Source of the DNA: Tubiluchus corallicola
Lineage: Eukaryota > Animalia > Priapulida
Direction of reading: 5' to 3'
NCBI GenBank assembly: GCA_030141605.1
Contig: JAQGDQ010002377.1
Location: forward strand, 310,001-374,000
DNA length: 64,000 nucleotides
Shown: one piece after another, positions 37,937 through 51,475 of the stretch
Position numbering within the stretch: position 1 is the first letter of the stretch
Layout: each line of letters starts with the position of its first letter
The notes under the pieces: generated by a model
Database searches by the model: none
Told to the model about the DNA's origin: nothing
The model's input: only the letters and a program-made list of their open reading frames with translations
Position numbers and translations under genes: made by a program

Positions 37937-40900
37937 GTGTGTATGCTAGTTTTTGGCGTGTTGCTTGAAAACATTAATTTATTTGAACCATGACGCGTTT
38001 CGTTGTTCATGTCAGCTTTTTAAAATGGATTGAAACAATGAAACACACTGTAATAAATACGCAAATGTATGCGCAAGTGTTTTCTGCAAAAATAAGATTT
38101 TCAGACTATGATAAGATGAGAATACATTGAAAAAATGTTCGTTTCAGTTATAATTCATATTTAAAATAATATTAAAACTGATAAAGTGAAACATTTATTT
38201 CCTACTTGCAAGTTCAGACACAAGGTAAGAGGTATAATCAAAAATAAAATGCAAATAGATTATGGCACGCTTAAAGTGTCACTGGTTAAACGTAGATTAT
38301 GTAATAACAAAAATTTTATTTCAGCTGTAAAAAATTGCACATAAATTTGTGTATTTATTATTGTATTTCATTAATCCGTTTCAAGGTCATGGTTCAAGTA
38401 AATGAATATGTATTTTTTGTGCAATATTATTGAAAAGGACTAAAGGTATACAAACGCTTTATAACTTACCTGACCTCCTGTGTCCAATATCTCGAGTATT
38501 ACATTTTCATCATCAATTATGAGCGCATGTCTATACGTCCATTCTATATTATAAAAGACAAACATTCAAATTTAGCAATCCACCATCTTAATGTCGTACT
38601 GTTATGAATCGCAATGTTCATTGTATCCTATTAATTCAGTGTCATGTTCACACTGGAAAATCTAGTTCGCACTAAGATTGTAGTTCTGTTCACACTAAGT
38701 TGATCAACACAACCAGTAGGCCCAGTCTCGGTCTCAACTAGCTCTAATCTCAGTGCTTATAATCAGCATAGAGGTATTTTTATTGTGCAAGTATTTAATA
38801 GCTATAGTGTAAGAACTGAAGAAAATTCCTGTCAATGTGTCACTTACTGAAAATCTCACACCAGCTCATGCAAGAAAAATGCCGTGTAGATACATTTGTG
38901 CAAATTTGTAAAGCGCCTAGCATCTACAAAGCAAATTACAAACTTTCAGCGATAAGAAACCGATAAATTAATATTTCAGTTTGATTGTAAAAATAGTGGG
39001 TGTCAGGAGATGATGATATTGATAAATTATAATATAGTAGAGTGCTAATAGTAGGTATGCTGCAACAAAGAAGAAAACTATCCACTCTGTGGGGGAAGGT
39101 TCGCTACTAAATGTACGGGGGGAGGGGATTTAAATAAAGGTGCGCTAACTAAACAGGTTAGTCATAAAGTCGACCAATTCAACATTTCCTTAAAATCGTA
39201 AAGAAAATTTTTATGCGAAAACAGTTACGGAATTTGGATGTCTTACCTAAGGTTGGGTCATATTCCCAGATAAACCTCTTTGTCAGGAATCGAACAATTA
39301 ATGCTGCAATAGCAAATGCCAAAAATTAGTATGTTGATACACTACACATCTAAACATGTAGTAAACAAATGATTTTATTTCATAAATAACATAGTAATAT
39401 TTACGTGTTTTCTTAACGTGTTAACCTTTATTTGGTATAGCAAAGGGTCTGTATAGAAATGATGTCTGATTGATGGGAGAAGTGAGGTCAGTACTACTGA
39501 CTTGCAGCAACCTTTTATATAAGCAAGTTCTTTCTATCCCTTTTTAAGGTTGAGTTCGCCAGACCGGATTATATAAACCACGTAATTATGATCACACATA
39601 CACAAAATCGGCTTTGGCTTCCTTCAGACGTATGAAACCCATAAGAAAATTTGCTTATTAACTCATGCAAGAGCTTAGAAATTTTCACTCCAGTCGTTTC
39701 TTAAGCTGAGGATTATAGCCATCTGGAACGTAGCTTGTCATTTCCCAAGCCTTTTACGAAACGAGAACATTTTTATTTAATTCGTACTCCGTTCTGCAAA
39801 TTTGCCGTTTTTTGTTGAGGAAATTTTAATGAACTACGAAAGATTTAGGTAGTCTAAGTTGACTCATTAAAATCGACTCTTTCCGCGGGATAGCTGGCGG
39901 CACTTTGAGAAAGCAACAGGCTCATAGCGCTGCAGCTAATAAGTGTTTTTAATGGGGAATTAAATTGGGATTCATGTCTCAATATCCTTAACGAGCACAA
40001 GTTTCTAATGCGATAAAAGTAATACATTTCCAGCGCTACATGACATGAATGAAACAAAAAGTAAAATGCCAAGCTTTCTCTCAACAATAGTTGTTTTTTT
40101 CAGAGCTTAAATTTAATTGTTGTTTTAGACCAAGCTTGAGAGTACCAATGATTCAACACAGGAAATAAACGGAAAAATCGCGACGCTTGTGGAACTTACT
40201 GTACGCAGGGCCGGATTATGACCTTTTGGGGCTCCTAGGCCAAAGCAATTATTCGGCCCCCTTCGGACGGCGTCAGCCTCTAAACTCGCCAAAATCCATC
40301 TTGAATATTTTTTGCTGGTGGTATGTCTTAGCGATATGTATATAGCTTGACGTAAACTTATTGCAAATTGTTTAAATAAACTAGAAAAGCTGACTTTTGT
40401 TTGTCAATAAAAATATTCTTTAAGAAATAGGCTATGCAAACCAGATTAGCATATTGTTTCAACACAACCGTAGTAAAAAAGCACATTTTTAGTCAAATGT
40501 TACTAAAGCTTGAAGGGCTTCAATATTGAGGGGCCCTAGGTTTGCAGCCTGTATTAGCCTATAGAATAATCCGGTTCTGACTGCATTATACTGTACTATA
40601 GTTGCATAACTAAATTTGAACCATATATATTGATATATAATAACGCTAACTACTTTGCTTTGACAATCAGCAAAGCCGTACTATAGTAAAACAATTAACA
40701 AATAATGCGCGTAATGCAACCCAATATCTTCAGTAAAGACGAGTTGAATTAAGTATTTCAATAATCTCAGTTCACAGGATAAAATATCAATCTTTCTATC
40801 TGGTAATCCACAACTAAGCCATGATAAAAATATTCTCATATTTCAATTAGTGCAGAGATATATTAAGGAGACTAAAATATTCGCCGTAGAAATTAGTCAT

Positions 40901-43900
40901 TATTCAGTACTTTGCCAGATTAGTTTAAAAAGTATAATGCATTTTGCATATGTAAAGTTCTCTAATGCTTCATTGCCAATTATTTCCGTACAAACTTTGT
41001 AATTTTTGATGTACAAATGATGCAAGCCTGGTGTACAAATCAGTTTATTCTAGACTGTTCACCCTAGGCTTTATAATATAATAACTAAAATTACGTTAAC
41101 TTTTTTAGAGGAGTGAACTTTAAACCGTTTGAATAATCCAAAAAATATATTATAATCAAGCTCCTCAATACTTGATAGAAAATTACATGAGCTTCGTCCC
41201 AACAATCACTATGCTCTACGTGACCCATTTTTTATTGCCTACACGACATTTGTATAATAGTTTTTTTCCAAAAAGGCATCCGCCCATGGAATAGTTTACC
41301 AATTGAAAGCAGACAGGCCTTCCTTTCTCCATTTGCTTTTAAAAGTAGATTCTTGAACCTATGGGGAGTTCGTACTAAACGAGTATGCCCCAATTATAAT
41401 GAAGATCGAAGTAATGAAATTTCAACAAATAGATTCATTGCTAATTTTTCGCAATTAAAAGGTGATTTGTTTTTCAGGAATATTATCGATGATGACCGTT
41501 CATGTAGCTACAACAATTCGACTGAAAGCCCTCGCCATTATGTTTTCGCGCAAACTATGACATACACACAACACTATTATTGACTCTGTTATTATCATCA
41601 CATAACTCAAGAATTACACGCCAAATCTAGACCTGCTATTATGTACAAGGACATTTTTTATAAACTCAGATCAGGTCATCCATCCAAATTGTTGCCGAAC
41701 TACAAAAAGTCCACTAAACGTTTTGTTAACTGATTGTACGTATAATTGTATTTTAAGTTATTATGTAGACTGTCTTTCAATCAAGTACTCATTAATAAAC
41801 AACTTATGCTAGAATCAACCATATGTACTGTTGTAGTAACTGTAATACTACACTAATTGTATTAATTCCACATGTATTGGATTTCTGAATTCTGTAGCAA
41901 CATTGTGCATTACAATGTACAACTTGTACTTTTCATGGGCTTATAGGCTTATACATCGAGAATCGTTTCTGTTATCGTATCTATTGTATGGGTTTTGTAA
42001 ATTTAATTAAGTATTAACTAATGAGCTAGTCGCATTTTTGAATTAACTATTTTGAGTTATTACATACTCTAACTAATTAATTGTATATTTCTTAACTGCA
42101 CATAGTAGAAATACTGTGATCAGCAATAGTTACTGTGTTGTAAATCCACTCAAAATAAATAAAGTATATATATAGCTCGAGGCCAGTCCAGTCCAGTATA
42201 GCGCACTTCCAGTCCACTACAATCCGTTCTGTTCTAATTCAAAGCAATGTAATCTATAGATCATTGCCTGGTATCTATCTATGCCGTCCTCTACGTACAT
42301 TTAATTCAGGATCAGTTTCAAACTCATTAACTCACAAGTTTTGAGAGATGCTCTTCTTCCTGGGTTTTTTTTTAAATTAACGTCGTCTCAATTTTAGTAC
42401 CTAATTTGTTAAATTGAATTTTGCTAAAATGCTTGTTTGTATTAGGTTGTTCTTAAAGGTCACGTAGGATTACACGAAATGTCGAGAGCAGGTAAATGAT
42501 AAGGGCGTGTAAGTGAGCAGCACCCTTCTCTTTGCATTAGCAATGTAACCATCCTCCAAAACAACCTTCTCACTTGTAAGACAACTTCGGTTTTGGATTT
42601 AACAAGGAGAAAACTGTCTTAAACATGTCGAGTAGAAGACACGCGTTGACAAATGTTGGTTGAAAATTCAGATACGCCAACGTTGTTTGAACGGTATTGT
42701 CGTTTTCCGTAGACGTTTTATCCTGGATAATGAAATGGAAATTGAAAGGGAGAAGTCGGAAATGGCTTCCTAACAAAATGCAAAGCACGGCTCTATATTT
42801 GAACGACCTAGCAAAATTCGAGAAAGTGAACGTTAGTGGATTATATTACTCTGGTTGATGATATGTGATTATGGAAGGTAAAAACATCCAATTTAGTTAC
42901 AGATGCAGAATTTTTAGATGCACGAGGCAAGTAACTAAACGTTCTAAATATAATCATTTCTTGCTACTCTTTAGTATCATGTATCTTTCTGGCTAAGAGC
43001 CAATTCTAAGTCTGTAACTAACGCTAAATTAGGTTTTTGTAAGAAATTTTATCTATGGATGAGTGAAGATAATAATAATACATATCTTATTGATAAACTA
43101 CTATAATAGAAACGAAACATGCTAATATGATATAATAGACCATGGTCATCATTCATCTATCACGTATATCACCTATTACGTATATTATCTATTACCTATT
43201 ATGTATCACCTATTACGTATATTATCTTTTGCGCATCTCATCTACTCTTGTCTAGCTCAGCTCAAAACTTCGCAGGTTTTTGGCTGTTAAATTCTACAAC
43301 CGTAGCTTGTATGAACAATTTTTTTATTCAAAAGTCTTAATAGGAAACATTCTTGTAATAATTAAGTAATAACTGGTTATAAAGCCACGATACCATCAAA
43401 TTTGACCCTTTCTTGTCTGTTATTAGATGACGTTCCTACAGGGCAAGATTATGTCCTTTTGGGGCCCCTAGGTTAATGAAATTATGGGCCCTCCTCAGAC
43501 GGAGCCGCTCTCTATCTCGCCCGCACCCGTCTTGATACATTTTAGCGACATTTATACAGCTTGAAGTGAACTTATTGCAAATTCTTTAAATAAACTAGAA
43601 TAGCTGATTTTGTTTGTCAATAAAGATATTCTTTAAGAAATATCATTATGTTACTATGTATTGTAAACTAAGTTAGGAGATATTGCAACACAACCGCAGT
43701 GAAAAACAGATTTTTTTTTACCAAATGTTAAAAAAGCTTGAAGGTCCCCAAGCTTGAGGAGCCTTAGGCTGCAACCTATACTAGTCTATAGGATAATCCG
43801 GCCCTGTTGCTGGCATCCTGAAATTGTGCTTAGTGTGCCTACAAATCTTAAGCTATCTGGTAGCAGAGCCAAACATTTTTTAAATTAACACTGTTTGCGT

Positions 43901-44004
43901 TGAGACATCTTTATTTTATTTTATTTCATTTCATTTCATTTCATCTCATCTCATCTCATCTCATCTCATCTCATCTCATCTCATCTCATCTCATCTCATC
44001 TCAT

Positions 44005-44036
<32 letters not shown>

Positions 44037-47000
44037 TATCTTATCTTATCTTATCTTATTTTATTTTATTTTATTTTCAACAGGATTCGTTTGCAGCACG
44101 ATTTTCCTTGGAACTCTTCTAACGTGATAACCAACCTTGAGAGTTGAAGCTAACTATAGAGCAGAGCTTTTTTCGATTATGTTTCACACAGCTCATTGAA
44201 TTACATGCTCGGCTTGAAACGCTTATTAGACTAACTTGGAGCAAACAATAATGGAAAGAAGCCAGTTTTCGTTAAGTTACACTTGTTATACCATCACTCG
44301 GTGTGGTTTTTCATCGATGAATCATACCACATTCTTCCTGCCTTAATTAATCTAGCTAAGGTTTACAAGTGTCATTCTGTGTTGACGTTCGGAAAATACT
44401 GCTGATTTTATTAGCCGTCTTCTAATATATATAATCTTGAACTGCAAGGTTCAAAGAACTGTAAAACGACTGTTATCAATTCGATTGCGTTCACTGAGGT
44501 TTCTAATGGGTTGTCACTTGTCAGGAAGCGAGTTTTGTCTTGGAAACGTCTCAGATATTCCAATGGCGAAGAAAAATTCTCAAGCAGCACAAGTGAATTC
44601 AAGTGGTGGTGGTAGTGGTGGTGATGGTGGTGGTGGTAGTGGTAGTAGTGGTGGTGGTGGTGGTGATGCTGGTAGTTGTAGCGGCAGCAGAATTTATTCG
44701 CCACATGCAAGTAGTCGGGCACCCGCGTCGCTCCAAAGATGGTTTCTATTGGAGTTTTGTTACTGTTCCACCGAGAATACTGTAAGAGGTAAATGAAGAA
44801 CTCCAGTATGTGCCTTCAGGTATGATCGCTGAGAAAAATTCCTAGTTTTACATTATTTAAAGGTACAAGAAGGAAATCATGTCTCATAGACCTACCAAAA
44901 TAACCTACCAAAAACATAAAAGAAAGTGATACATTAGAAGTATTCAAAAACAAGCTTAAAAAAATAAGAAACGCAGCTTATATCCATCCACTCCACTAAT
45001 AAATTGTCTCATATTTTTCTAATTTTACCAACATGGAGTATAATTAGTCATGGTTTTATTTTAAAAATAAAACTCCGTTTTAAGTATATGTCTCCTGTGC
45101 AACATCTAGTTTTATTAATTTCCTGTTAAGTGGCTAGTTGTTGTGTTTCAGTATTTTGTGTAATTTGTAGTGATGTATCTGTAATTACTGTTTGTGCCCC
45201 TGATGTCGTAGTTTTTGTATTAATAATCATTGTAGTGTATTTTCTATCGGTAATACTTTGTGTATATTTCACATATTTTTAGCTTAGCTTAAAATTTTAT
45301 ACACTTTGCACATTTGTAGTTTTTAGATGCTCACGTTTTTCTGATATTCCTAATTTCTAATTTGCATTGGATGCATTTGTCTTCACCAGTGTTTTGTTTT
45401 AGAACAACTAGTTGTTGTCTTTCATGCAATCCGTTTTATGACAAATAAAGATTTTACTACTACATGTACTAACTAAAACCTTCCGCATGCCTATTGAAGT
45501 TGCACTTATTTATTACGCAATAATACATCTCCCATGTTTGCCAAGTCGATTTTAACAACTCGTCTAAGTGACGTGTCATAAACTGTAAATTTCTTTACAA
45601 CGATAGAGCGTTGAACTGTTTGCAAATTTGCAAATTAACTGCGTGAACAAAACATCAACAGTTTATGTTGCGATAAGAACTAATTCCTTATGGCTGGGTT
45701 ATCGTTTATATGTAAACCCCGAAAACACGCTGATAAATAATTTTATATTTCGCAATAGGGAGAAAGAGACAAACACGAAGGCTGAAGTTGCATTAGTGCA
45801 TAAGTGTACAAACTTTTGAGTGTCTTGTAAGTTGTAAGACAGAGCTTGTATCAGTTTCTTTTGCTTTTTAAATTTAAGCCTCTGATAGAATGTTTCTAAT
45901 GATGCAGCTGTTTGAAAGCGAGAAAACGTTGTATGGGGTGAAACGTGAAACTCGGCGGATCTCCGAAAGCGTTTGCATTTCAGAAAAAAAGGTGTAGCGT
46001 TACAGCTTGCTTTAGAAATACAATCGATATAGATTAAAAATTTATTGAAGACAAGCATTTATGAGCGCATATTGTTGTTGCTCGGCTGTGAAATTTATTT
46101 TTGACTTGTCCTCCTGATTCTTATCCTTGCGAGGAAGCAATAAATGTGCCTAAAATTAATTTGTTTGCGCTCTTCACGGAAAAAGCCCACCATTACTGAG
46201 CTTATCAGTAATTTTTTGCTTCATATGAAGTTTCGTGACACACGCCCAGGGCTAGGGTCACGAAACTCACAAGAAACACTTCCTAGGTGGGGTGTTATGC
46301 ATATGTGTAACCCGTCGCCCCCGGGTCAAAGGTCATGGATCGGGCAGGGTTTATTTTTTTGTCAGGCTGGATCTCCTCCTACAGGTTTTGAGCTAGGGCC
46401 ACAATTTTTGGTATGTCGCCAGGTTGTTGTGTCGAGTCGAGTTGTTGTGCATATGAGTCATTTGCGTATGAGAGAATTTTTCGGTGAGGGGCAAAAACCA
46501 AAATCGAAGGGGTCGTGGACATTAGTGCTTCCAGTGTCGAGGAACAGTAACGCGTAATATATCAAATGAAATGTTTCGATGAGACAAATCGAATGGTGTA
46601 AGTTTCGCTGATGTTGGTTGATCCCTGACCTGGACAAAAACCGAAATCGCAGGTTGGAACACCGATGCTTCCAGTGTCAAGTAACAGTAGCTTATAGTAC
46701 ATCAAATGAAAGGTATGAACGAGACTAATTGAGTAGTATAAGTTACGCCCCTAACTTGTTGACCTTGACCCCGAGGTCATAGGAAAGTGGAAATACAGGT
46801 TTTACTGTCTTATAATATTTCAAATGAAAGGTCTCGGTGAGACGAATTGAATGTTATGACCTAAGCCTAGACTGGTCAACCACTGACCCCACTAGAGGAC
46901 AAAAAGTGAACTTTCGTGGAAATGATACAAATGCTTCATATATCGAGCATCAGTAGGTTGTAGTACAGCAAATGAAAGGTCTTGATGAGACGAATCGAAT

Positions 47001-49132
47001 GGTGTATTTTGACCCGTATTTAGTTGAGTCTTGACCTACTGGTCACTGGTCAAAAAGTGACAAGCTCGGATTTCATTGAAACTGTTAATCGGAATCAAAC
47101 AGATTTCATACAATTAACAACATACAGTTGTTATTTATTTTGAAAACAATTTTTATTTGTAAATACAAAACAAAGGTCGTCATGTGAAGCTTCTCCTGTC
47201 ACAGAAGCGGAATGTCACCACAGTACAGTCAAAAACGTGCACTGGTTATTATTGTTATTTATACTCTGCAAACTCTAAGATCACAAAATTCACAGGGTGG
47301 GGGAATGACAACACTGTGTTGACCTCTGACCTCCAGTGAAGGGTGAAAGAGGGGGCGGGTCTTTATTAACTTTTCATCAGGATCCATCTGTTCCTCTAAT
47401 TTTTGAGCTAGGGCCAGATTCTTGGGTATGTGGTCAGGTGGGGCCACGTTTTTGGGTATGGCAGAATATGGGTCATTTGGAGGGGAAAATTTTCCGCTAG
47501 GAGGCAAAAATCGAAAAATGTGGGTCGGGAACAGAATGTGCACCAAGTGTCTAGGAATCGAATACCTTGTAGCATTTCAAATGAAAGGCCTCGAAGAGAT
47601 GAGACGAATTAATCGTATATATGAAATGTCTCGATGAGACAAATTGAATGGTAATAGTTACGCAGAAATTAGTTGATCTCTGACCCCAGTAGTGGACAAA
47701 AACCGAAAAATGAGGGTCTGGGACAGAATCCATCGGGTATCTAGGAATAGTGTATGTAACATATCAAATGCAAAGCCTCGATGAGACGAATTGCATGGTA
47801 TATGTTACAATGAGAATAGTTAGCCTGTGACCTTTTTAGGGGATAAAATAGGGGTTGAGGAGACAAATGCCTTCCAGTGTCAACCGAAACTAGTTTGTAG
47901 TACATCAAATGAAAGGTCTCAACGAAACAAACTGAATGGCATAAGTCATACCGAGATTGGTTGACCTCTGACCCCTGGATCACGGGTTGAAATGTTACAA
48001 GTTGCCATTTCATTATGAAGCCAGTTCCTATGCATTTAACCAAAGCGAATTCAATAAAGCAAAAAAGAACTTTCAACGAAAAGGCTGGCGTCCTTTCAAT
48101 ATCAGATTCTGTAACTACTGCCTATATTATTTGCAAAATCCTCGGCTTCTGAAATATTGTCAACTAATTACCACTGTTTTCCTTATTTACAAATAAGTGG
48201 TACATAACCTTTTCCTAGGGTAAGAACGAGTAGTACCACAGAACAATTTATTATATCAAAGGTTTGATGAAACAATAGAGAATTTATCATGGCTTCAAAG
48301 TTTAGTGTGAAAATCCTTCGCATGAACCGAATGAGATGGAAATTACCAGACGGCAACCCTGCCAAACACGTCGGAGCTATCCTGAACGATATAGAGGGCG
48401 CTAAGATGATAACAAATCTGCCGTTGGTGATATTTAACATATAAGCTTGTGAGACATCTGCAAGATGTTTCAGAGGATCTTTATTTTTTATGTCATTGCT
48501 CCAACAATACCCCTCAAGACTGCGAGACGTATACGAAGCTTTCACACCAAATTTTCAGGGCATGATAGCTTCGCTGTTGTTCGAGCAGCATATTAGTGTA
48601 AAAAATGTTCTGTACTGTTATCCGTTTTGTATCCCCTAGCAAAAACTTGCTTACATACCACCCTGCACATCTGTTAGTCCAATAATAAATATAGATAATT
48701 AATTTAGAAATGTTTAGATTATTTCGGGTAATTATGAAACAGAAACATCTTTCGTTTTGAATTTGTTTAAGTGTCGTAAAATCAAAATGTTAATTGGACA
48801 AACCTTAAAATAGCTCTCATTGTGACTTGTGAAGATATAAGACATATCTATATCTATATATGTATCTGTATCTGTATCTGTATCTATTTCTGTATCTACA
48901 TCTGCATCTACATCTTCATGTACATCTACATCTATAATCTATTACCTCCACTTTAGCTACGTTTGTATCTATGCCGTTGTAAGTAGAATTTAGCTGCATT
49001 TCTTAATTGCCGATTGCCGAAATGAAAAATAACACGACATTTTGCAACCTGATTTTCCGTACCTGATTTTCCTACACCCGTCTTTCCGAATACTACGATC
49101 TTGGAATCTGTTGGTTTCGGCGATTTCTGCAT
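35676..49132 (-). CDS. RERG: Ras-related and estrogen-regulated growth inhibitor (RERG), 210 aa. Exons 49132-49063, 39303-39247, 38543-38470, 37601-37413, 36460-36313, 35770-35676
   Basis: [12 protein letters not shown]|[19 protein letters not shown]|EWTYRH...LEILDTGGQ|...[12 protein letters not shown]...IGNKADLDH|...FFECSA...|RRRSS. The [10 protein letters not shown] segment, RRRSS tail and absence of CAAX are characteristic of RERG. Confidence 0.92.
37085..37205 (-). mobile_element. tRNA-derived SINE fragment with a MetaSINE/MESC-like core
   Basis: Minus strand: B-box-like GAGTTCGATAC followed by CCGGGTAATGCCAAAGACTTTAAAAATGGT...GCCTGGCGCGTGACATTTAGGG, which resembles the Meta core as recalled. 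Confidence 0.5.
40206..40579 (+). mobile_element. ~370-bp MITE with hAT-like CAGGG termini, copy 1
   Basis: CAGGGCCGGATTA...TAATCCGGTTCTG; colinear with 43439-43806. Confidence 0.8.
41180..41800 (+). mobile_element. Decayed CR1/L2-like LINE 3' fragment
   Basis: Broken SFFPK...WNSLP...FKSR motif, ESPRHYVF, and AATAAA near 41794. Confidence 0.45.
43439..43806 (+). mobile_element. ~370-bp MITE, copy 2
   Basis: CAGGGCAAGATTA...TAATCCGGCCCTG. Confidence 0.8.
43909..44076. repeat. Compound pentanucleotide microsatellite
   Basis: (TTTTA)n-(TTTCA)n-(TCTCA)n-(TCTTA)n-(TTTTA)n. Confidence 0.95.
44602..44680. repeat. (GGT/AGT)n microsatellite
   Basis: Directly visible. Confidence 0.9.
46200..48010. 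repeat. Composite repeat element with two blocks of ~120-150-bp subrepeats, in RERG intron 1
   Basis: About 8 copies of ATCAAATGAAAGGTCTCGATGAGACGAATYGAATGGT. The segment TTTTGAGCTAGGGCCA...GGTATG precedes each block (46386, 47401). Boundaries are approximate. Confidence 0.8.
48230..48480 (+). mobile_element. Possible RTE-clade LINE 3' remnant
   Basis: [11 protein letters not shown]...[10 protein letters not shown] resembles the RTE RLRW...MPD..PAK.V motif. Confidence 0.4.
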
Positions 49133-50484
49133 TTCTGCAATTGTTGTCGTTTCCTTTTCAACTGCTGCTGCTAGTTCTACTGATATGAAAAATCATTTAA
49201 GATAGTCTGAATGCAGCCAAATTGTCGCTAGATCAGAATAAAATAATTCAGTAGAACCTATTTGGGCGAGCTTTGGTGTACTTCTCACATATGATATTTG
49301 AATGCATTATTAGGCACTTGTTAAGCTTTTTTATCCTCTGTGGCTATGAAAATTCTTGACGTGATGCGAGAAATATCGTCTTCACGTGTATTCCATTTAA
49401 ATTCATCCATAGTTTAGGTGGGTCACTCATCTCTCGTGTGAGACAATATCGAGAGAAACTACTGTGAGGTTTTTGTCTTCTTCGCCTGCAAAAGCGATAA
49501 AAGAGAATATAGTAATCTGTATTATAATCACGCTGCGCGTATAAAGAGAATATAGTATTCTGTATTATAATCACGCTGCACATATAAAATTTATTGACAA
49601 TAAAGCATTGAATTACTTCTTTGCAGTAGGGGTTCCCAACCTGGGTCCCAGGGAACACAATATAGCTTTTCAGGGAGTGGTAGAAATATAGGTTATATGA
49701 CTTGTTTTTTTTATTTGTTTTTGTTTATGTTATTACCTATTGAAATGGTTGCTGTCGATTTATCACCTACTCATCAAATTTCAAGAAAGTTGAAACAAGA
49801 ACAAAGGAATATAGTAATTGAATTTTAAAGTAATAATTGTGATTGCTCAAGTGCAATGCTATATGTGGTTCAATACTAATATGATATCATTTTTGAAAAG
49901 TCGTTTAATCAAACATTAGGGGTCTGTATACTGCATAGAAAAGATCCCCTGCTTTACAAACATCTTAAAACACAACACTATCCTAGGATCCGTTGACGTT
50001 AGATGCTTACAAATTTTCAAAGTGGGCTAAGTAATTTTGTAGGTTCAGTGTCTACCTCAATTTTAATAAACTAGATTGATTTGGGTACCGCCATAAGCGC
50101 CACGGTAAGTAGTCACTGCTGATGAATGCAGGACGCCGGCTTGCAAAATATCCAAATGAAAAAAATGGTGAAATGCAGACATTCAAAAACTTCTTTTGCA
50201 CTTTCACTCGTAGAAGAAGAAGTCAGAGTGATTATTTTCAGACTTTTCTCATTTATCATGTTACGTTTTGCTGATGCATTCATTAGATTCGTTAGGTTTT
50301 AAATTCTGACAAACTCTTGACAAAATTCTGACTGTATCGGATTCTGCTTAAATTTGCAGTTTTATTACATTTTGTTAAATTAATTCTATGTAAGAGATGA
50401 TTGTAATTGACCAATACGTCTTAAGCACTCTCATTTAAAGTCTGAACGTTGTAAATGCCAATCAGCTTCGTTTTTATGGTAATC

Positions 50485-50745
50485 ACCCATTCCGCCAGTT
50501 AGCATTTCGCCAGTTGTAGTTAGAAATAGTAAAGTAAGCATTTAAATAGTACTGCACTTCGCCAGCGCAGCATTTCGCTAGTGCATCATTTCACCACTGT
50601 GCCATTTCGCCAGGTGATATTAGAGATAGCGCTGTAAATATTTAAATAATCCTGGCGAAAGAATAGACTGACGGATGATAGGCTGGCTAAACGATAGACT
50701 GACGAAATGATACACTGGCGAATTGTGCCCAAGCGAAGTGACATA
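50485..50745. repeat. Inverted arrays of ~15-bp subrepeats, probably a non-autonomous DNA transposon
   Basis: CATTTCGCCAG-like units on the left and CTGGCGAAA-like units on the right. Confidence 0.6.
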
Positions 50746-51177
50746 CAACTGCATCTTTTGTCCCTCCTCAAGAGTTTCAGCTCATGCATCACTCCTATAA
50801 TCTTCTTGCTTTATTTAAAGAGATTTACTGGAGCATTTATTATTTTGATAAGAGATTGAGACATACGAGCAGAAACTGTCTATAACGATGCTGATCGCAT
50901 TCAAAAATAGCAGTAAGAGTCATTAATAATTTGTGTTTCCTCGAAGAGTTCGTTTATGGAATAATGCCCTAGCTGATTAAGCAAATAATTCACAATGTAG
51001 AACATTTGCTCAAAATAAAAGTATACTTTGCAAACATTTGGTTATTGGTAGCCACAAATTTTTCAATTTTCTTACCTATTTGGAGATCTAAGAGATTGAT
51101 TAACTTTGCATCTATGATTTTAAATTCATGCAGAATAATATTACACTTTATCAATTGACTAGAGTAAAGATGTGTTG

Positions 51178-51475
51178 TTTATTTTTATTTTATTTTATTT
51201 CACATTCAATAAAAATATACATTAAAAAAACAAACTATAAAACATTAAAAACATGAATGTGAGGAGAGACGTAAAGAGACAAGCTGTTTACATGCGCCTA
51301 TCGTACACAAGCCATTTATCAAAATTCTATCTAATGTTGAAAAGTTTAGAACTGCCCGCAGTGACCAAAGGTGCATCATTTACCGGACTGGATAGGGAGT
51401 TCCACATTTGAACGACACGGTTAGAGAAGAAAACCCCAGAACCTCTTTTATTCGTCCTTCGCGAGACAAAAAGCT
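51178..51475 (-). mobile_element. CR1-like LINE 3' end
   Basis: Minus strand FFSNRVVQMWNSL followed by a (TAAAA)n tail. Confidence 0.6.

Noticed and set aside
44411-44796. Poly-His and poly-Gly ORFs
   Set aside because: Explained by the (GGT)n repeat; no supporting exons found.
47150-47546. piggyBac-like Cys-rich C-terminus in ORF 47259-47546
   Set aside because: The suggestive residues ([13 protein letters not shown]) are encoded by motifs repeated elsewhere in the array and the TTAA flanks are imperfect, so chance is at least as likely.
46550-47950. CRISPR-like repeat-spacer appearance
   Set aside because: Eukaryotic context, no cas genes, diverged repeats, and the spacers are homologous to each other.
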